DNA of 64,000 nt from Octopus bimaculoides (GCF_001194135.2 NC_068987.1:55387116-55451115); one strand, 5' to 3'; shown: positions 1 to 15,495, numbered from the stretch's first letter. The notes: generated by a model from the letters alone, not told the origin. Translations and numbers: made by a program.

Positions 1-303
1 ATAAAATGTATATTTTATCCTTTCATTGATTCACATTTAAACTTTTTTTTATATATATATCTAAAATATTAAAGTTTTCTGTTCTGCAAATCTGACTTGA
101 TTTATATATAAAGCCTGAATATATTTAAAATTCTATAAAAACTGACACCATTTTTTTTTTAAAAGTAAGATACCTGTATACTTTACATAAATATATTTAA
201 GTGTGAACCAATGAGAGAATAAGTTTTCTATCTTCTATGGCATTTAAAACAGTGTACTAGGTTTTTAAAGATATTTTTTATACCAGGAATTTTAATAGCA
301 TAT

Positions 304-530
304 TTAACCTTTTAGCATTTAAATCAGCCTTATCTGGCCCAAATATTCTTCTAGTTTCATCTTCAGACCAGCCAGATCCTGCTTCTCACACAGATACTAC
401 AATGTAATTCTAAAAAAAACAATCATACCATCAAAATCCCAAAACTATGAAATAATGCATTATTAATTCAAAACAATGTGAATACATAAGTATTGCATTT
501 AGCAGGTTAATCTGAACACTAAAGGGTTAA
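304..530. mobile_element. TTAA-flanked MITE (piggyBac-type non-autonomous element)
   Basis: TTAA at 304-307 and 527-530 with short inverted termini (ccttttagca.../...cactaaaggg). A diverged second copy lies at about 2853-3034. Confidence 0.6.
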
Positions 531-941
531 ATCCCAGACAGCTTCTGTACACTAATTTACATTGAGAGTCTGGGGCACCAGTGGAGCATACGGATGTCAG
601 CAGCCAATTCAAAAAAAAAAAGGTTTGGTGAATATCTTACCAACAATTTGTAAATTAGAAAATATCTCAAAAGTCACTACAGTTGAACTTCACACTTTTT
701 CTCATGTACAGTGAAATCACTATAGCATCTCTCCATCCTATGGAACCATTGAGCCATTCTATACTTTAACAATTAGTATGGTCACAAGATCAACCATAAA
801 CATACATCTACACCATAAATGAGAACCTCAGCTAGTGTATCATCTGCTTCTGTAGGGTTCCCTGAGCTGATTTGTTTTATGTCAATTTTGCTTTCCTCTG
901 TCAGAATTATTATCCATTTCTTCTATATATTCCATTTTATA

Positions 942-1315
942 GTGGAGGCCCAGTAGTTAGGGCAGCGGACTCGCGGTTTCGATTCCCAGACCGGGCGTTG
1001 TGAGTGTTTATTGAGCGAAAACACCTAACGCTTCACGAAGCTCCGGCAGGGGATGGTGGCGAACCCTGCTGTACTCTTTCACCACAACTTTCTCTCACTC
1101 TTACTTCCTGTCTCTGTTGTGCCTGTAATTCAAAGGGTCAGCCTTGTCACACTGTGTCATGCTGAATATCCCCGAGAACTACGTTAAGGGTACACGTGTC
1201 TGTGGAGTACTCAGCCACTTGCACATTAATTTCACAAGCAGGCTGTTCCATTGATCGGATCAACTGGAACCCTCGACGTCATAAGTGACAGAGTGCCAAC
1301 AACAGTGCTAACAAC
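942..1315 (+). mobile_element. tRNA-derived SINE, family A (head partly deleted, CpG-decayed)
   Basis: B-box ggtttcgattcc. Body matches the copies at 42323, 45107, 50901 and 56166. (AAC)n tail with the last 12 nt duplicated. Confidence 0.85.
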
Positions 1316-2852
1316 ATTTCATTTTATACACATTTGAATATTTAAACATTCTCTAACTATTGAATTGGCTAAAGTCATACATTTTAAATATGATTAAAAG
1401 AAAATTTGAAACTTATTACTAAAAACTATAAGCTAACTTTAAGCTTTATCAGAAAAAGCAACAAATCAGTATCACCTATAGCATACATCCATATCTCAGC
1501 TGGTATATCAAATATAAATAGGTTTACCATTAAAACAGATCATCTTGCTATCCACCTCCCATCCCAGTTGCTGTGGTTTTTCTTGAGTTGATCAGTTTTT
1601 TTTGCAATTTTGTTTTCTGTTATTTTAGGATTATGATCTATTTATTCAATGGCATGATGTTGTGATAATGGATTATGAAAAAAGATCTGTGAAAAGCTTT
1701 TACCATTTCTTCAGAATACCATCAGTATTACTGATTGAAGTAGATTCATCTTTGACAAAGAGAAGAGCAGTAGTTGACTGATGAGGATCAAATATCTGTT
1801 TTAACAAGCCATATGTTGTTTTCGGGTGTTTTTGTCAAGTGCCTATTTAATATCTCTGGATATGCCCATTGCTTTAATTTCTCTTTGCAAAGTTGATTTA
1901 TGACTCTTTTGTAGTTCCTAGAGCAAAAGAACAATTTCCGATATAAGTTATACTTGATGTCTATATGCTCAAATATTTTGAGTTGTTTTCTGTGAATCAA
2001 TCATGGTGTCATCAGGACCGAAAGAGCATACAGGCAACTGTGACATAAACATGTTGTTTGAAGAATGACCCTATATCATCAGTTGATCCATTTGCTTGAG
2101 CTTCTCAAGATGATGCAGATATTGTTTGGTTTTGCAGTTTGTCAACATTCAACTATTTCAGAACCATTTTGCTATTTTTTATAAACATTTTTCTGACTAC
2201 TAGCTTCAGCTTTGCCTATACAAGGTAGTGATCTATTCACCATATAGCCTGTATGGTTCAGCTGAGGGAAAGGTGGCTGCAGCAATGCGTTGTGGAGTTC
2301 AGACTGCAAGATGAGGCAAGTAAGACATCTTGGTCATCCACTGCAACTGTTTTGATCTCCAGTTGTTTTGCCACTTGATTGGAAATTATCACAAATGAGA
2401 GTGAGGTTGATAGTGTGCAACTCTTCTCCACTTTTGTCCATCAGAATGATGGACAAATATGAGCCTGCTGCAAAAGCGTTATTCAACAGTAAACACAATT
2501 GTCTTATTTACATATTATAAAGAGAATAAAATGACCCTGTTTTGACCAAGATAGATCCAGAAAACTTGACATGAATTTCTGGTGGAACAATGTACTGCCT
2601 GTCACAAGACCTGGCTTGGAATGTAGCTGCAGCAGCTATGGATAACTGCTGTTCACTCTACCTATGCTGAAACATCCTAAACTACTCCATGTTTTTCAGC
2701 TGTGACCTACCATACTGTTAAATTCACCAGAATGAATGATTTTGTTTCTAATCTGTGTGGAAAGAATGACATAAGATTCTCAAAGAAGAAAAGAGTGAAG
2801 AATGAGAGTGTACAGATAGAGAAGAAAGTCACAAGACAGTAGCAAGGGGAAT

Positions 2853-3034
2853 TTAACTGTTCAGTATTCGACCAGCCATATCTGGTTCAGATATTCCACC
2901 TGACAATGTCATTCTAAAAATGAATAATCACATCATCAAAATCTTGAAGCTGTGAGATAATGCATGATCAATTCAAAACAATGTGAATAAATAAGCATTA
3001 CATTTGACAGAGTAATCTGAGTGCTAAACAATTA
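2853..3034. mobile_element. Second, older copy of the TTAA MITE
   Basis: Shares aataatgcat...aattcaaaacaatgtgaata...taatctga with 304-530. TTAA at both ends. Confidence 0.55.
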
Positions 3035-3435
3035 ATGATACAGTCACTCACAGTGGATGGTAACATATCTTGTCTATCAGTGAGCTTCTTTCTGATTCCA
3101 AAGCCAATGTCATCCTCTTATTTCCCCATTTGTGTGCTTGCCAGCCTTCACCCAAAAAACTCTAAGCATAGCCTGTTTAGCCAATCATTTCTTTAACATT
3201 TGTATCTTAGAAAGGGCAGCAGTATCGATCTTGTATCAGTCAAGCTCTGCTGCAACAAGAGCAGAACAGCGTCCAGATCTGGTCTTTTTACTGATATTGA
3301 TTCTTTGTTTCTCTCTCTCTTTCCTCTATCTGGAAGACGTCAACTGTGTTGAATATATCAAATATATATATGACACACTATGTGTCATGATGACGTCCCA
3401 GTGACCCATAGATACGAGGGCCCAAGACAGCAAGG

Positions 3436-3472
<37 letters not shown>

Positions 3473-4759
3473 ACACACCACCACCACCACCATCATGATT
3501 ATTGTTTCAACATCCATTTTTCTATCCATTCAAGGATCAGATGAAGCTAGTTTTGAGTCTNNNNNNNNNNGGGGGGGGGGGGGTTGTCTTTTGCCAAATG
3601 TTCTTCCTTTTGTCAAAACCTTGTCTATTTCCAAGGAAAGTAATATTTCCTCCTTGTATTTTGAATAAAGAATGGATCAATGGTCAGACACACTTTCATG
3701 GAAGATTGTAAACAAATGAATATTTTTGTGAGACAATGATATTTTTTTTTGTTAACAACACACACACCAAGACAAGAGGAATGCATACAATCATGCATGT
3801 GTGCACACAAAAATACACACATACATATATATATAACAGGCTTCTTCCAATTATACATACATACATACAAATGCAAAGTGTGTGTGTGTATAGATAATGT
3901 GTATACGTCTGTATGCACGTATGTGTTAGTGTTTATATGTACCTATATGTATACGATAATGCACGTACGTAAATATACATGTTTGTATATATTATATATA
4001 TCTGTAGGAAAATAGACGTTAAAGGATGATGATGTATGTAGGTGTGTGTGTATATATACACACACACGCGCGCGCGTTTGTATTATACGTATATGTAATG
4101 TTTATATTGGTGTACACACACAATATTATTTAATTTTAGCTATAATTGATATATCATCACCTGATTGATAGAAGGTTACAATAGCAGATGAACTCCACTG
4201 GTGTGCAATCTTTCACCTCCTTAGCAGTACTTATTCTGCATCGAGAAAAAAGAAAATAAATCTAAAAAATACTTAAGTCCCTTTTTGCTGAAATTCCATT
4301 CATTTGTCTTTCTCCCTTTCACATAATATTTTATTAGACATCAGTTGTTGAATATTGTTAACATGGTATGTTGAAATCTATGAATGTCATCACATATCAT
4401 CAAGTGGTAATTTAAACTGTTTTTAGTTTCTAGATTTCAGTCTGGTTATTTGATGTGTTCATTTTCCCTTTATCTATTTGGTAAATACAATTTGTTCTTA
4501 AACTTACATTTAGCCTCGAGTTAATATTATTCAGGACCATCACCTTTTCTTTTAAATGTCTTTCTAGAGATGAAGTCCCAGCTAAACATTGTTAAAATAA
4601 AACCATTTACCGAATGAAACAGCTAAAAAAAATACTAAAAATAAATAAATAAAACAGAAAAACCGAGAGAGTGGGTGAGAGAGAGAGAGAGAGAGAGAGG
4701 TAAAAAGAAAGAAAGAAATCTGAACACAAAGAAAAGCTAACTGTGCAGTCACTGTCGAT

Positions 4760-5678
4760 TGTCAAAGAAATTGGAGTTATCTCCCATATTTCCAACCGAG
4801 GGAAGACTATGTTCCGTTTGATGTGGTAAGTTATTTTTTCTCTTCAAATCTCAAGCGATGTTATCTAAATTTCCGAACAACTTACATGTTTTTATGTTTT
4901 CCGTAGTCACTTTTATCACTTCTAAGGAGATGACCGCTTTAAAAATTATATTACATTGATAAAATGCCTCGTTCTTACTGCTTAATGTATTCAACGTGGT
5001 TGCAAGCGGTTTCACTGACATTTTTCACCAATGGCTTTTCACTGAGTTTGATTCATGTAAATATTTCCCCGTAAACACACCATCATATCTGCGGTTTGCT
5101 GGCAGATATATGACTGAGTTAGCTTATTCAATATTTGAAAAACAGAAGAAAAAACACGTCAAAATATCAACTAACAATAGTTATGTTGATAAAAAAACGC
5201 AGCAACTTCAGGCAGAACTAGGAGATACTAGATCTACCCCAAATCTGCACGGAATTACGTACATGTAATATGTAATAATGATTAATATTTGCCTGTCGGA
5301 AGACGGAGCGTTATGGAAAATAAAATCTATTTCGTTCCCGAAATACACTGGTGTTCAATCTCATATATCTATGAGTCTGTGTAGTATTTTTGTGTGGTGG
5401 GTTTTAAATATATTGACTAGAATACGTTATATATGTACTATACACCTACATACACGCAATACATACAAATATATATGTGTGTGAACAGGGTTTAAAAAAT
5501 ATACTGACTAGAATATTTTCTCTGAACTCCGACTACATGAAAATGTCAGGCTTAAGCTTCCTGCTTGTATGTGTATATTATATATATAATATACATTGAG
5601 ATGAGTATTCATCTTTCAGTGAATGTTTATTTCTCTGTTGATTGTTTATAATTGGAGAGGAAAAAGTCGTATGCTTCT

Positions 5679-5720
<42 letters not shown>

Positions 5721-5877
5721 ATGCATACACACACTTTGACACACACACGTATTGAAATATACAGACATCACATACAAACTTTTCCCCCTAGAAATGCCTT
5801 AAAAGCAGAATAACAAAATATATATCGTGAACAGTGGTATAATAATTAGAAGAAAAGTGTTATCTCTCTCTTCTGTA

Positions 5878-5940
<63 letters not shown>

Positions 5941-7366
5941 GCATATACATAATATGCAAGGTACTTCGCAGTTACGCAAATTTTTTATAGCATATATAAT
6001 TTGAAAATTACAGAAACTATATATTTCTACAGGAAAATCTAAACCGTATTTCTCTCTCTCTCTGATTTCCGTTTATGTATTTATTATTTATTTCCTTTAT
6101 AAATGAAGTGCGATCTTGCTGAATTTAACTGTCCATCAGGAGTGTGTTTGTTTGTTTAATTTAGCCATTTCTATTTTTCTTCCTGTATTTTGTGTTTCTT
6201 TATTATTATTTTGTACTCTTAACAGAAAGATGTTTTCCTTTTTTCTTCTTCTTTTGCTGGATGTTATTGTTTGTATAGTGAAGCCAGCAAGCTGTAGAGA
6301 GTTTGTTTGAAAGCGCGGAATTAAGTTCTAGTGGGTGACAAGAGAAAAAAGAGGCCTGGTGCTGCTCCTGCCCCCCAGCATACAGATGTTGGCGGGCGGC
6401 TGCCAACTTCTTTGTTTCTCTTTACTTTAACTTCTTTTCTTCCTCTCTCAAAGCACTGGCGTCGTCATTAACCCTGCCTTTTATTTTTCATCTCTTTTTT
6501 CTTCTTCGTCTTAAGAATATTGTCACTACCACCACTACTACCACTACAGCGACTAGCGTTATTATTATTATTATTATTATTATTATCATTGTTGTTGTTG
6601 TTTTGCCGTTCGTAATATTTACTGCTTTCATTTATCGTAAACATTGGTCTTAATTTCTGTGTGCGTCAATACCGATTTGATTTATTTGTGTCTGTTAAGG
6701 CAATAATATAGAGAGCTACAGCGCTCCTGTTTATAATCTGAACTTGTTGGGTTTGTATTTTGTCTGCTTGCTTACTTTCTTGAAAACACTGACGCATTTG
6801 TAACTATCATCACACTATAGCTAACGATTATTACGTTAAAGTATTCTATTATATATTTTTTACCAAGGAACTTTAACGAGAAATCTCTCCCTCCATCTCT
6901 CTCTCTCATATGTATATAGTGAAAATACTGAGGTAAAACGAGGTATATCCAATTTGCACATTATTCTGTTTCGTTAAAGAATCGCCCCCCCCCATGTTCA
7001 CCTAAGAATGTTTTCATGAACAAACTTCATCCATTTATACTTTCCCCATACAACTACACTATTGAGTGATCACTATATGTGTTATATTTATGACTGCGTG
7101 TCTGTGTGAATTTGCACTGATACACACAGACTTTCCAAATCTTTGTTTAGATACAGGTGCGAATGTTTTGTTGCTAAGCGCATGCGTACCACATCTCTAA
7201 TAGGTAAAGTCCGAATTGGGTTCGAACGACCTGGCCATCCCTTTTCTATTTTCAGTTTGGAAAATTGACAAATGAAGTACTTTACTCCAAGCTTAGCCTG
7301 CGAGAAAGCTGCAAGTGTGCCTGGAGCAGGCACATTGAAACGCGAAAACTTCTGAAAGAGTATTTG

Positions 7367-7408
<42 letters not shown>

Positions 7409-7600
7409 GTGTGAAGGAGGGAGTCCGCGCGCCTTTATTATATTAAAATGTGACAATTTACCCGAGTTTCACTTCACATTTGGTCGCAAATGCGAATTTT
7501 ATGTCTCTTGTATATTGTGTGTGCTTGTAGGCTTTTTGTACAACACTCGCGTTATGGTGTTTATTTTTGTGTTCATCCTTAATGAATCCCTAATACCTTG
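4760..7600. promoter_or_regulatory. CpG-rich putative (possibly bidirectional) promoter / first-exon region
   Basis: Visibly more CpG than the flanks. GTG|GTAAGT donor at 4826, NRF1-like GCGCATGCG at 7178-7186, ETS-like CGGAAG near 5297. No transcript evidence. Confidence 0.4.
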
Positions 7601-10364
7601 TGTATTTAAATATTTAGCCAACCTCTGAAGATGAAAATGCTTTCAAGTGCGTTCTGGAAAATCGCAAAAATCATTCCACTGAAATATATCTCAAACACAA
7701 TAACTGATCTGTATCAGTCTGCTCTTTCTCTCACCCCCCCTCCCCTCACACATGGTAGCAAGAGCCTCACTTGATAGTGCATTCTGTCTCTGTGTTGAAT
7801 TTATGGAACAGGTTGATTCACTCTAGCCGTCATACGCACCTTAAAACCAGAATCGAGACCCAGTGACTTGGCAGACTCTAGTCTGAGGTTGACCAAATCA
7901 CAAAAGTGATCTTGGTACTGCATGCAGGTAACAAAGGGAGGTAAGGCAATATGGAATATAAAGCATTCTGCATGAAATCACAGTATAAGATGAGCTAATT
8001 TGAATTTCTTTGTTAGTGAGCAAGTGATTCTTTCATCACCTTGTCCATACACCCAAAGCATTATACTGTACATACACAGCAAAATTCTCAAATTTTTCTT
8101 TTTATTCCAACTACCATACACATTCACCAAATTCAAGTTGCTCCAACTTTGTTAAATAGGAGAGTATTTCATTCATTTGTCTGTCATCCATTTTTTCATG
8201 CTTGCATGGGTTGGATGGAGAATATTTAAGGTAGCATTTTAAAACTGAATGCCCTTTCTGTCTCCCATCCTAATCTGTTTTTCAAAGTTGGGGATTTTGT
8301 ATTCTATTGAAGCAACAGGTCATAATAACAATAGAGAAACTAGAAAACACACAGGAAGTCAGTGAGGGGGGGGGGCAGAGAGAGTAAGAGAGACAGACAG
8401 ACAGACTCAAAGTATTGAAGTAGGTGGTTGTTTATAGATGTTTCCATTACTTTTGAAATGTTGGAAGTGAAAGCAACAGGGATTTAAGGTAGCAGAATCA
8501 GAAATAGCTCTTCTTTGGGAATAGGACATTTCATGTCCCCACAGATTAGAAGAGATCCTTGTTGTGAAGGAGAAGAAAAAAGTCAAAGAATTTGGTGAGG
8601 ATAGGAGCAAAATCTGGAGCACAATGTGATGACCTGAAAACTTACTATCCAGAATCAGTTTCCATACTTACAGGCACATTGTTCTTTCTTCTCTTTGTCT
8701 CTGCTCTACAGAACTAACAAGCTTTATGCACTTCTGTCTCAACCCACCCATTTATCTCTCCTTTTCTTTCCTATTCTCTTACTCTGTTAGACATTGAACA
8801 AAACACTTTTACCCAATAATTTTTGTTGTGAATAGGTGTTCACTTACAGAAGTTCAAGCTGAACACCAACAACATTAGTTCCACCATTCAGGAGGTCACA
8901 TGCACTGGCTAAACTGATAAATTATTCTCACAATGTTTACTATGGAAACACTTTTGAGACTGTAGACCAACACTAATTTTTTTTAGCAATATTTTTCTTA
9001 AACTTTTGTAATGTTGAATAAGTAACATGAAAATGGAATTATATCTATAACATCAAAACAGCTACATTAGCTAGTTCAATCAGAATCTGTCTTCACACTC
9101 TCCAACTGAGAGTCATTAATGTGGGACTCGTTTAGAGTTCACTCTTTCTTTTATCTGTTAACATTTGGTCTGGCTGATATTTACATTTAATACTGGGAAA
9201 TATATTCTTTGAATTTGATGCACCCCACAATGAATGGATACTGGGTGGCAGTAAAGGGAATGGTGTTTATTGATGACAGAGATCATCACAAGGTATTACT
9301 TAAAATTATTCCCCACAAATATGGTGTGACTGAGTTATCATTTTGCACAGTATAGAAAATGTATACTTAGCCTTTTGCAGTTAAGTCTATATATACAGCA
9401 AGAATCCCTGAAAACTAAGATCTTTGTTTATCCCTTGACAAAACTCCATTCACCACTATTCAATTTTTTTTTCACTAGTCAATCCAGCTTTTCTCAAGAA
9501 CATCAAACAAATATAAGCTCTTTGTATGTTTGAACTTAATCTCCACAAATTCCTCAATAAAATTCCAGACAAATTGCACACACTGGAATATATTTCCAGA
9601 AATAATAACCTCCTGCTTGACTGGTCGGTGTTATTAAGTTTTGGATAGCCTGGTTTGGGTCTTGGGGGATCCTGATTTAAGACATCTGCATGTATTTCTT
9701 GCAAGAATGCCTGTATAATTCAATATGTCAAATATACTTGAAGTTAAATATATTACATGTATCACAATGATCTGGGCATAAAATTTTTTTTTTTTTTCCT
9801 TGCATTTTTAAAATGTCTGTATGAATGAAATAAATATTAATATTAATCATTGGAACTGTATTTTCATGTATACGTCATCAAAAATTTGTATTTGAATGGC
9901 TGAAGTAACTAGGAATTACAATATGTGTATGTGTGTGCTCGCATATATATATATGTATGTGTATATATATATGAGAGAGAGAAAGAAAGAAAGAGAGGAA
10001 TGTTTGTGAAAAAGTTCAATTTGGTTAATCCGTTATTGAAATGTATGGTAGTATGTTTTATATCTTCTTTTTCATCATGTGTGATATAATCCTTTAAGCT
10101 CTTATCTATAATCCTCTGTGATAAATAAAGCTATGATCTTAGAATGCCAGTAAGTAAAATTTAGATTTCTTATGCTGGTACTTATTTTGTCAGATCCCAC
10201 ATTGTTTAATGTCTCTTATTTATATTTTTATCCATGATCTTCACATTCCAGTTCCAGTTTTACCATTTATTTTCATTGTTTTCTGTTGCAACTTTCTACT
10301 TCATTGCTTTGGTTTAATTAATAAAATTAGCACCACCACCACCATCAGAAGAAACTCTACTTGT

Positions 10365-10550
10365 TGCTCCACAGGCTAGAGATAGCAGCTAAATTTCCCT
10401 CATATCACACACTATCTTATAATAATAAAAAGGGAGGAGCATATTAGATAATGTTCTTTTAGATACTCTACAGTTAGGATTGTCATTAGTTAAAATACTT
10501 TTGATCATAAGTCTGCTTGATCAGTGTTAACCCAAGCCTGAACAAGAACA
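10365..10550 (+). mobile_element. Unclassified dispersed short repeat (SINE/MITE-like family E)
   Basis: Motif gctagaaatagcagccaaatctccctc...ggataatgtagtc...tttgatcata recurs, diverged, near 12240-12420, 16060-16200, 26480-26560, 42900-43030 and 47730-47860. Confidence 0.5.
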
Positions 10551-13544
10551 GGTAAGTAGTTTGTGCAAATGCTAGAAAGCTTCAGTCTAAGCTTTTCAGC
10601 ATCTAGCATTATGCCCCCCACAGTTCAGAGTTCAAATCTTGGTGCAGTCAGCTTTGCTTTTTATCAATTTGGAGTTATTAAAAAACGTAAATATTCATCC
10701 TGGAACCGAACTAGAAACTGTTGGCTTCATTTAAAAGCACAGTGATTTGAATTGAGTCTTTTGCAACCAAGTTATAAAATCTTGGTGACTTCTATAGCTT
10801 TTCATATTCTCTTCCCTATCTTTGACTTTTTTGTATATGTCATCACCCTTGTTGTTTTAATGTCCATTTTTTTCATGCTTGCTTGGGTGGCATGGAGTTC
10901 ATTGAAGCTGGATTTCTGTGGCTTGGTACTATTCCTGTTACCTATCCTCATCTGTCACAAAGCAAGATAATATTTCCCCATAGTCAGATTGGAAATGAAT
11001 GACACGACTTGTATAATAGGGATGCTCATTTATACCTGCTGTGCAATATCAGGACAAGGAAATGTACCCTAACTTGTGTGTGTGTTTATGACTTGTTACT
11101 ATTTACGAATGTTTGTTACTAGCTTAGTAAATTATTTCCATGTAAACAATTTATGATGTTCACTTTTGGCCCTTAGCCTTGCAACTACTCTGGTGATTGT
11201 CTTCAATGCCGGTGACTTGAAAGTATGCACACAGTACACTCTAGTGGTTGATGTTAAGGTCATCCAGCTATAGAAACCATATGAAAGTCGGTATTGGGAA
11301 CATGATGCAGTCCTTCAACTTGTCAGATTCTGATGTGCCAATGCACCCTTATTCTTTTTGACTCTTTTTGTGTCTTATTCTGTGTACTGTACTTGTACTT
11401 CAAGCATTCATTGCTGTCTTTTTTACTTGACTTATGCATCTGCCTTCTGTCTCCCCTTTTAACCTCTTTTCCAATGAGTTTTTGTATATCTGAGTACTCA
11501 TTAGTATTAATATTATTTTAAGCTATTCAACCCATGTTGCATGGGCTGAACAACATGGAAGCCAGATGTGAAATGATGATAATAAATTCATTACAAACTG
11601 TTCTTACATTACTTGCTTACAGCCTTTTCTTTATGAGCATTCATGTTACTAGGGGTAATTTTGCTCTAGCAAAAATTTTTACTCTAGGATACCCTTCTTT
11701 GTAAGAATATCCTATTCATTAAGTAACAGTTAGACAATTTTTTTGCCCATCAGGCAAACCAAAGCAACAATATAACAATAATAAGGAAAAAGTTTTGTGA
11801 CCATGTTATTTATTCTGTCTAGTGAATTAACTAAAATTTCTCTCCTAATATTTCTCAAATATGCAGAACTCTTCATCTATCTGTCTCATTATAAATTATT
11901 GTTATCTTGTTGCATTCAAAGATGATAATATGTAGGTTCCATTTCCACTTATTTTTTCATCAGCCGATTTACTTGCACAATTTTATTGATTACCTATTAA
12001 GCCACTTAAAACAATTCAAGCTCAAACATACTAAACTTTTTTCATTATTTGCCTAACTAACAAATATATTAAATTGATTACAAAACCAATGTTTCCATAC
12101 ATTACTAAAATAACCCCATGAGTCATACTGAAGTATAAAAGATGTTGACTAAGTAATACTGATGAAATGGCTTAAAACATGGTTTGTTTGAAAGATGTCA
12201 TATCCTTCATGTGTAAGCTGTGAAACCATTTGCCAGGGATCATGGTAGGATATTGTTTAGTTTCTTTCAGTCCTGCTTAAAAGTGCTCCTATAGCTGGAC
12301 AACTGTGTTTGATATCAAGGCATAGTGTATCAATATTTATATTACCCGTTTTCTTCCTTTTTTAAGGAGGAGATAAGGGAGATTTTTATTTTGCTATTTC
12401 TGGCAGAATAAAAGCTTTGCTTTGGCTCACTCCTCATTTGTTGTTATCATCACTAGTTTTCAGGTTTGCACCCATTCTGTTATTTCTCTTTGATAGAATA
12501 CCATTTTATTATCTAAAGAGATAGAATTTGAGCTTCACACTGTCAAATATTAATGAAGTGCCTCATCTACTCACATACACATTGTGTCATCTCATATTAT
12601 TGAGATCTAAGAGTTTTCAGCATACGATAGGATATGAATTGCCAACTTGACTCTTCATCTGGCAGGTTAACATCCTACCAGCTCAGCCAGCAGGTTTTAA
12701 ATATTAATTGTACTTTAATCACTTAGTCTTTTCTTTCCTTCCCATCTGCTTACAGTTTTCCTTGCTCACTCAGTTTGTCTGTCTGTCTATCCCTCTCACA
12801 CACGCACATTATGGCCATTGTTGAATAGTTAAAACTGAGGTTTCAAAACAGAAAGCCCTTTAAAATAGTCACTATTAAGAAAAAAAATTACGTTATCAAA
12901 GAACACTGTCTGTTTTGTTAGGTGGCAGTTTCTTTTGTCTCATATACATTTGAAGCATTTGTTTTAATGCATTATGTAATATTGTTGTTTTGCTCAGGTG
13001 AACTCTGATCCAGCAAACCTGTATCCAAAGGCAGTCCAGCATACCAACAGCTATCATATACTATATTTCTTTTTATTTTTTATTTTTTATTTTTAAGGCA
13101 CTAAAGTATTTTTTTAGGTTTATCTGGCTGCTATTTCTAACAGCTTGAGTGACTATGTAGAGGTCCTTCATTGGTTCATTGTTGATGGTGTTTGTATAAG
13201 TAGTTCATGTATGTATAAAATATCTCTGAAAAGTCTTAAAAAACACCAAGCAGATGCTAAAAGTATGTACATATTAGCTTTATAATTCATCCCCTTCCCT
13301 ACATGAACACAATGACTTGTTCTTAAGCAAGAAAGGAAAACCTTCTTTATCTGTTGTCGGTTTTTATTTTGTTTCCAGCATTGCTTTTTATGTAGAATAA
13401 AATGGTTTACCTGTATTTCTTCTTAATTTTGATTTATATAATTATGATATATGTTTACTAGTGCCTGGTGTGATACCTTGTCGTATAGAAGTTGGTGTAA
13501 TGTCTTATTGTTATCACTAGTTCATTGGTATCTTCTTTTTCTTT

Positions 13545-13737
13545 TACTTGTTTCAATCATTTGATTGCAGCCATTTTGGGGTACTGCCTTGAAGGGCTTT
13601 TAGTCAACCAATTTGACCACAGGACTTTTTTAAAGCCTGGTACTTATTCTATTGGTCCCTGTTGCCGAACTGCTAAGTTACGGGTACATAAACACACAAA
13701 CATCGGTTGTCAAGCAGTGGTGGAGGACAGACTCAAA

Positions 13738-13798
<61 letters not shown>

Positions 13799-13928
13799 GA
13801 GAGGCGTCTTTCAGTTTTTGTCTACCAAATCCACTCAAAAGTCTTTGGTTGGCGCTAGACTATTGTAGAAGACACTTGCCCAAGGTGCCACAGTGGGACT
13901 GAACTCAGAACCATGTCGTTGGGAAGCA
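13545..13928 (-). mobile_element. CORE-type SINE, family C, with internal (CA)n
   Basis: Reverse complement contains ggcaccttgggcaagtgtcttctac (CORE-like) and matches the copies at 24504, 37695 and 41462. Confidence 0.75.
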
Positions 13929-14217
13929 TATTTTATTTTAAATATAAAACCACACCAAGTAGCTCAGTTGTATTGCATCTGCAAATTTCCTGTTGCCAGT
14001 TTGAGTACTTGTTTCTATTTTTATAATTTTCAAAGAGTTAATATGGGGGTTTATGAACTTTTATGGTCATAGTAGATTGTGTGCTCATGTGAGGTTTATT
14101 TTTGTTGTGGCTTTAAAGTTTTGAAGTGCTTAAAGTGTTACTTGGGCATCAGTCAGTCACGTTATATTTGCAGGGTGTCTTACTCTGTCAAATAATCATT
14201 GATATGATACCTTAGAC

Positions 14218-14476
14218 CAACAATTCCCAACCTTTTTTTGAACCACAGACTGATTTCATGCAAGACAACTTTTTCATGGACTGAGGGACCATGTGCATAA
14301 CAATAAAGTGCCTAATATATAATTTAATTATGACATATATTACATATATAACTCAAAAACACCCTGCAGAATATGATAGTCTATAAAAAGGAATAAAATT
14401 TATTCTTCCTGTGCAGCCCAGTGCCAAATGAGCCATGGCATGGTACTGGTTCACAGCTCAGTAGTTGAAACTCCTG
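14218..14476. mobile_element. hAT (Charlie-like) MITE
   Basis: Perfect 8-bp TSD ccttagac at 14210-14217 and 14477-14484, with degenerate TIRs. Related copy at 40694-40952. Confidence 0.75.
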
Positions 14477-14579
14477 CCTTAGACTTATATTCTTCTATTC
14501 AATTTTTTAATTATGAGATATTTAATAATGAATCACAGTGATGCTAATAACTAAAAACAATGATGAAATACTAATAATA

Positions 14580-15495
14580 ATGGTTTCTGGTTTACTTACA
14601 TGGCCAGCAGTCATGTGTGGAAGGGGTTAGTTGATAATATTGACCCTAGTATTTGATTAGTATTTAGTTATATTGATCCTATAGGGATGAAAGGTAAAGT
14701 TTATGTCTGCTGGATTTCAACTCAGAGCATAAAAATCTGGAACAAATGCCATAAGGCATTATCTTCTGATGGTCTAATGATTCTACCAGCCTGTGGTTGT
14801 AATAATAATTCTTTTTATTATAGGTACAGGGCCTGGAATTTTAGTGGTAGGGGAACCAGTTGATTATGTTGACTCCAGTGCTTAACTGCTACTTATTTCA
14901 TTGACCCTGGAATTTGAACTTTAGAATGTAAAGAATCAGAAAAGAATGTCACTAAGCATTTTGTCTGACATGCTAGCAATCCAGCCAGCCTGCCACATTG
15001 ATAATTGTAATCATACATAAATAATGATTATTTCTTTAATAGTAGCAATAACAACAACAATAGACCTGAAAGATGTTCATTACACAAAGTACTAAAATAT
15101 ATATATAAAAAAAAGATCGATAATTTTAAACTGAATGCTTGCAATTGAATTTGTAATGCAGGTTGAAGAAATGGTCTGGTGTTTTGTTCACTTGTTTATT
15201 GCATTTATAAATGGTTGTGAATAACGTTGAACTTTATTATTACTATTTGCCTTTTGCCTTTTGGGGTCGATAAATTAAGTACGAGTGAAACTCTGGGGTT
15301 GATGTAATCGCCTAGCCCCCTCCCCCAAAATTGCAGGCCTTGTCCCTATAGTGGAAAAGATTGTTATTATTAGTATTATTAAGGTTGTGAGCTGGCAGAA
15401 TTGTTAGCACATTGGACAAAAATGCTTAGAGGCATTTCTTTTGATTCCTTACATTCTGAGTTCAAATTCTGCAGAGGTCGACTTTGCCTTTCGGC
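14580..15495. mobile_element. Cluster of SINE family B fragments in both orientations
   Basis: Repeats of gagttcaaattc...gtcgactttgcctttcatcc...gtcgataaa..aagtac, two on minus and two on plus. Confidence 0.65.

Noticed and set aside
942-1010. tRNA genes at SINE heads
   Set aside because: A/B boxes are present but there is no full cloverleaf, and they continue into SINE bodies.
1400-2700. Possible degenerate transposon coding relic (PLE-like on minus, hAT-like IHC motif on plus)
   Set aside because: Motif hints are weak, mutually inconsistent and broken by many stops. Cannot be assigned without a search.
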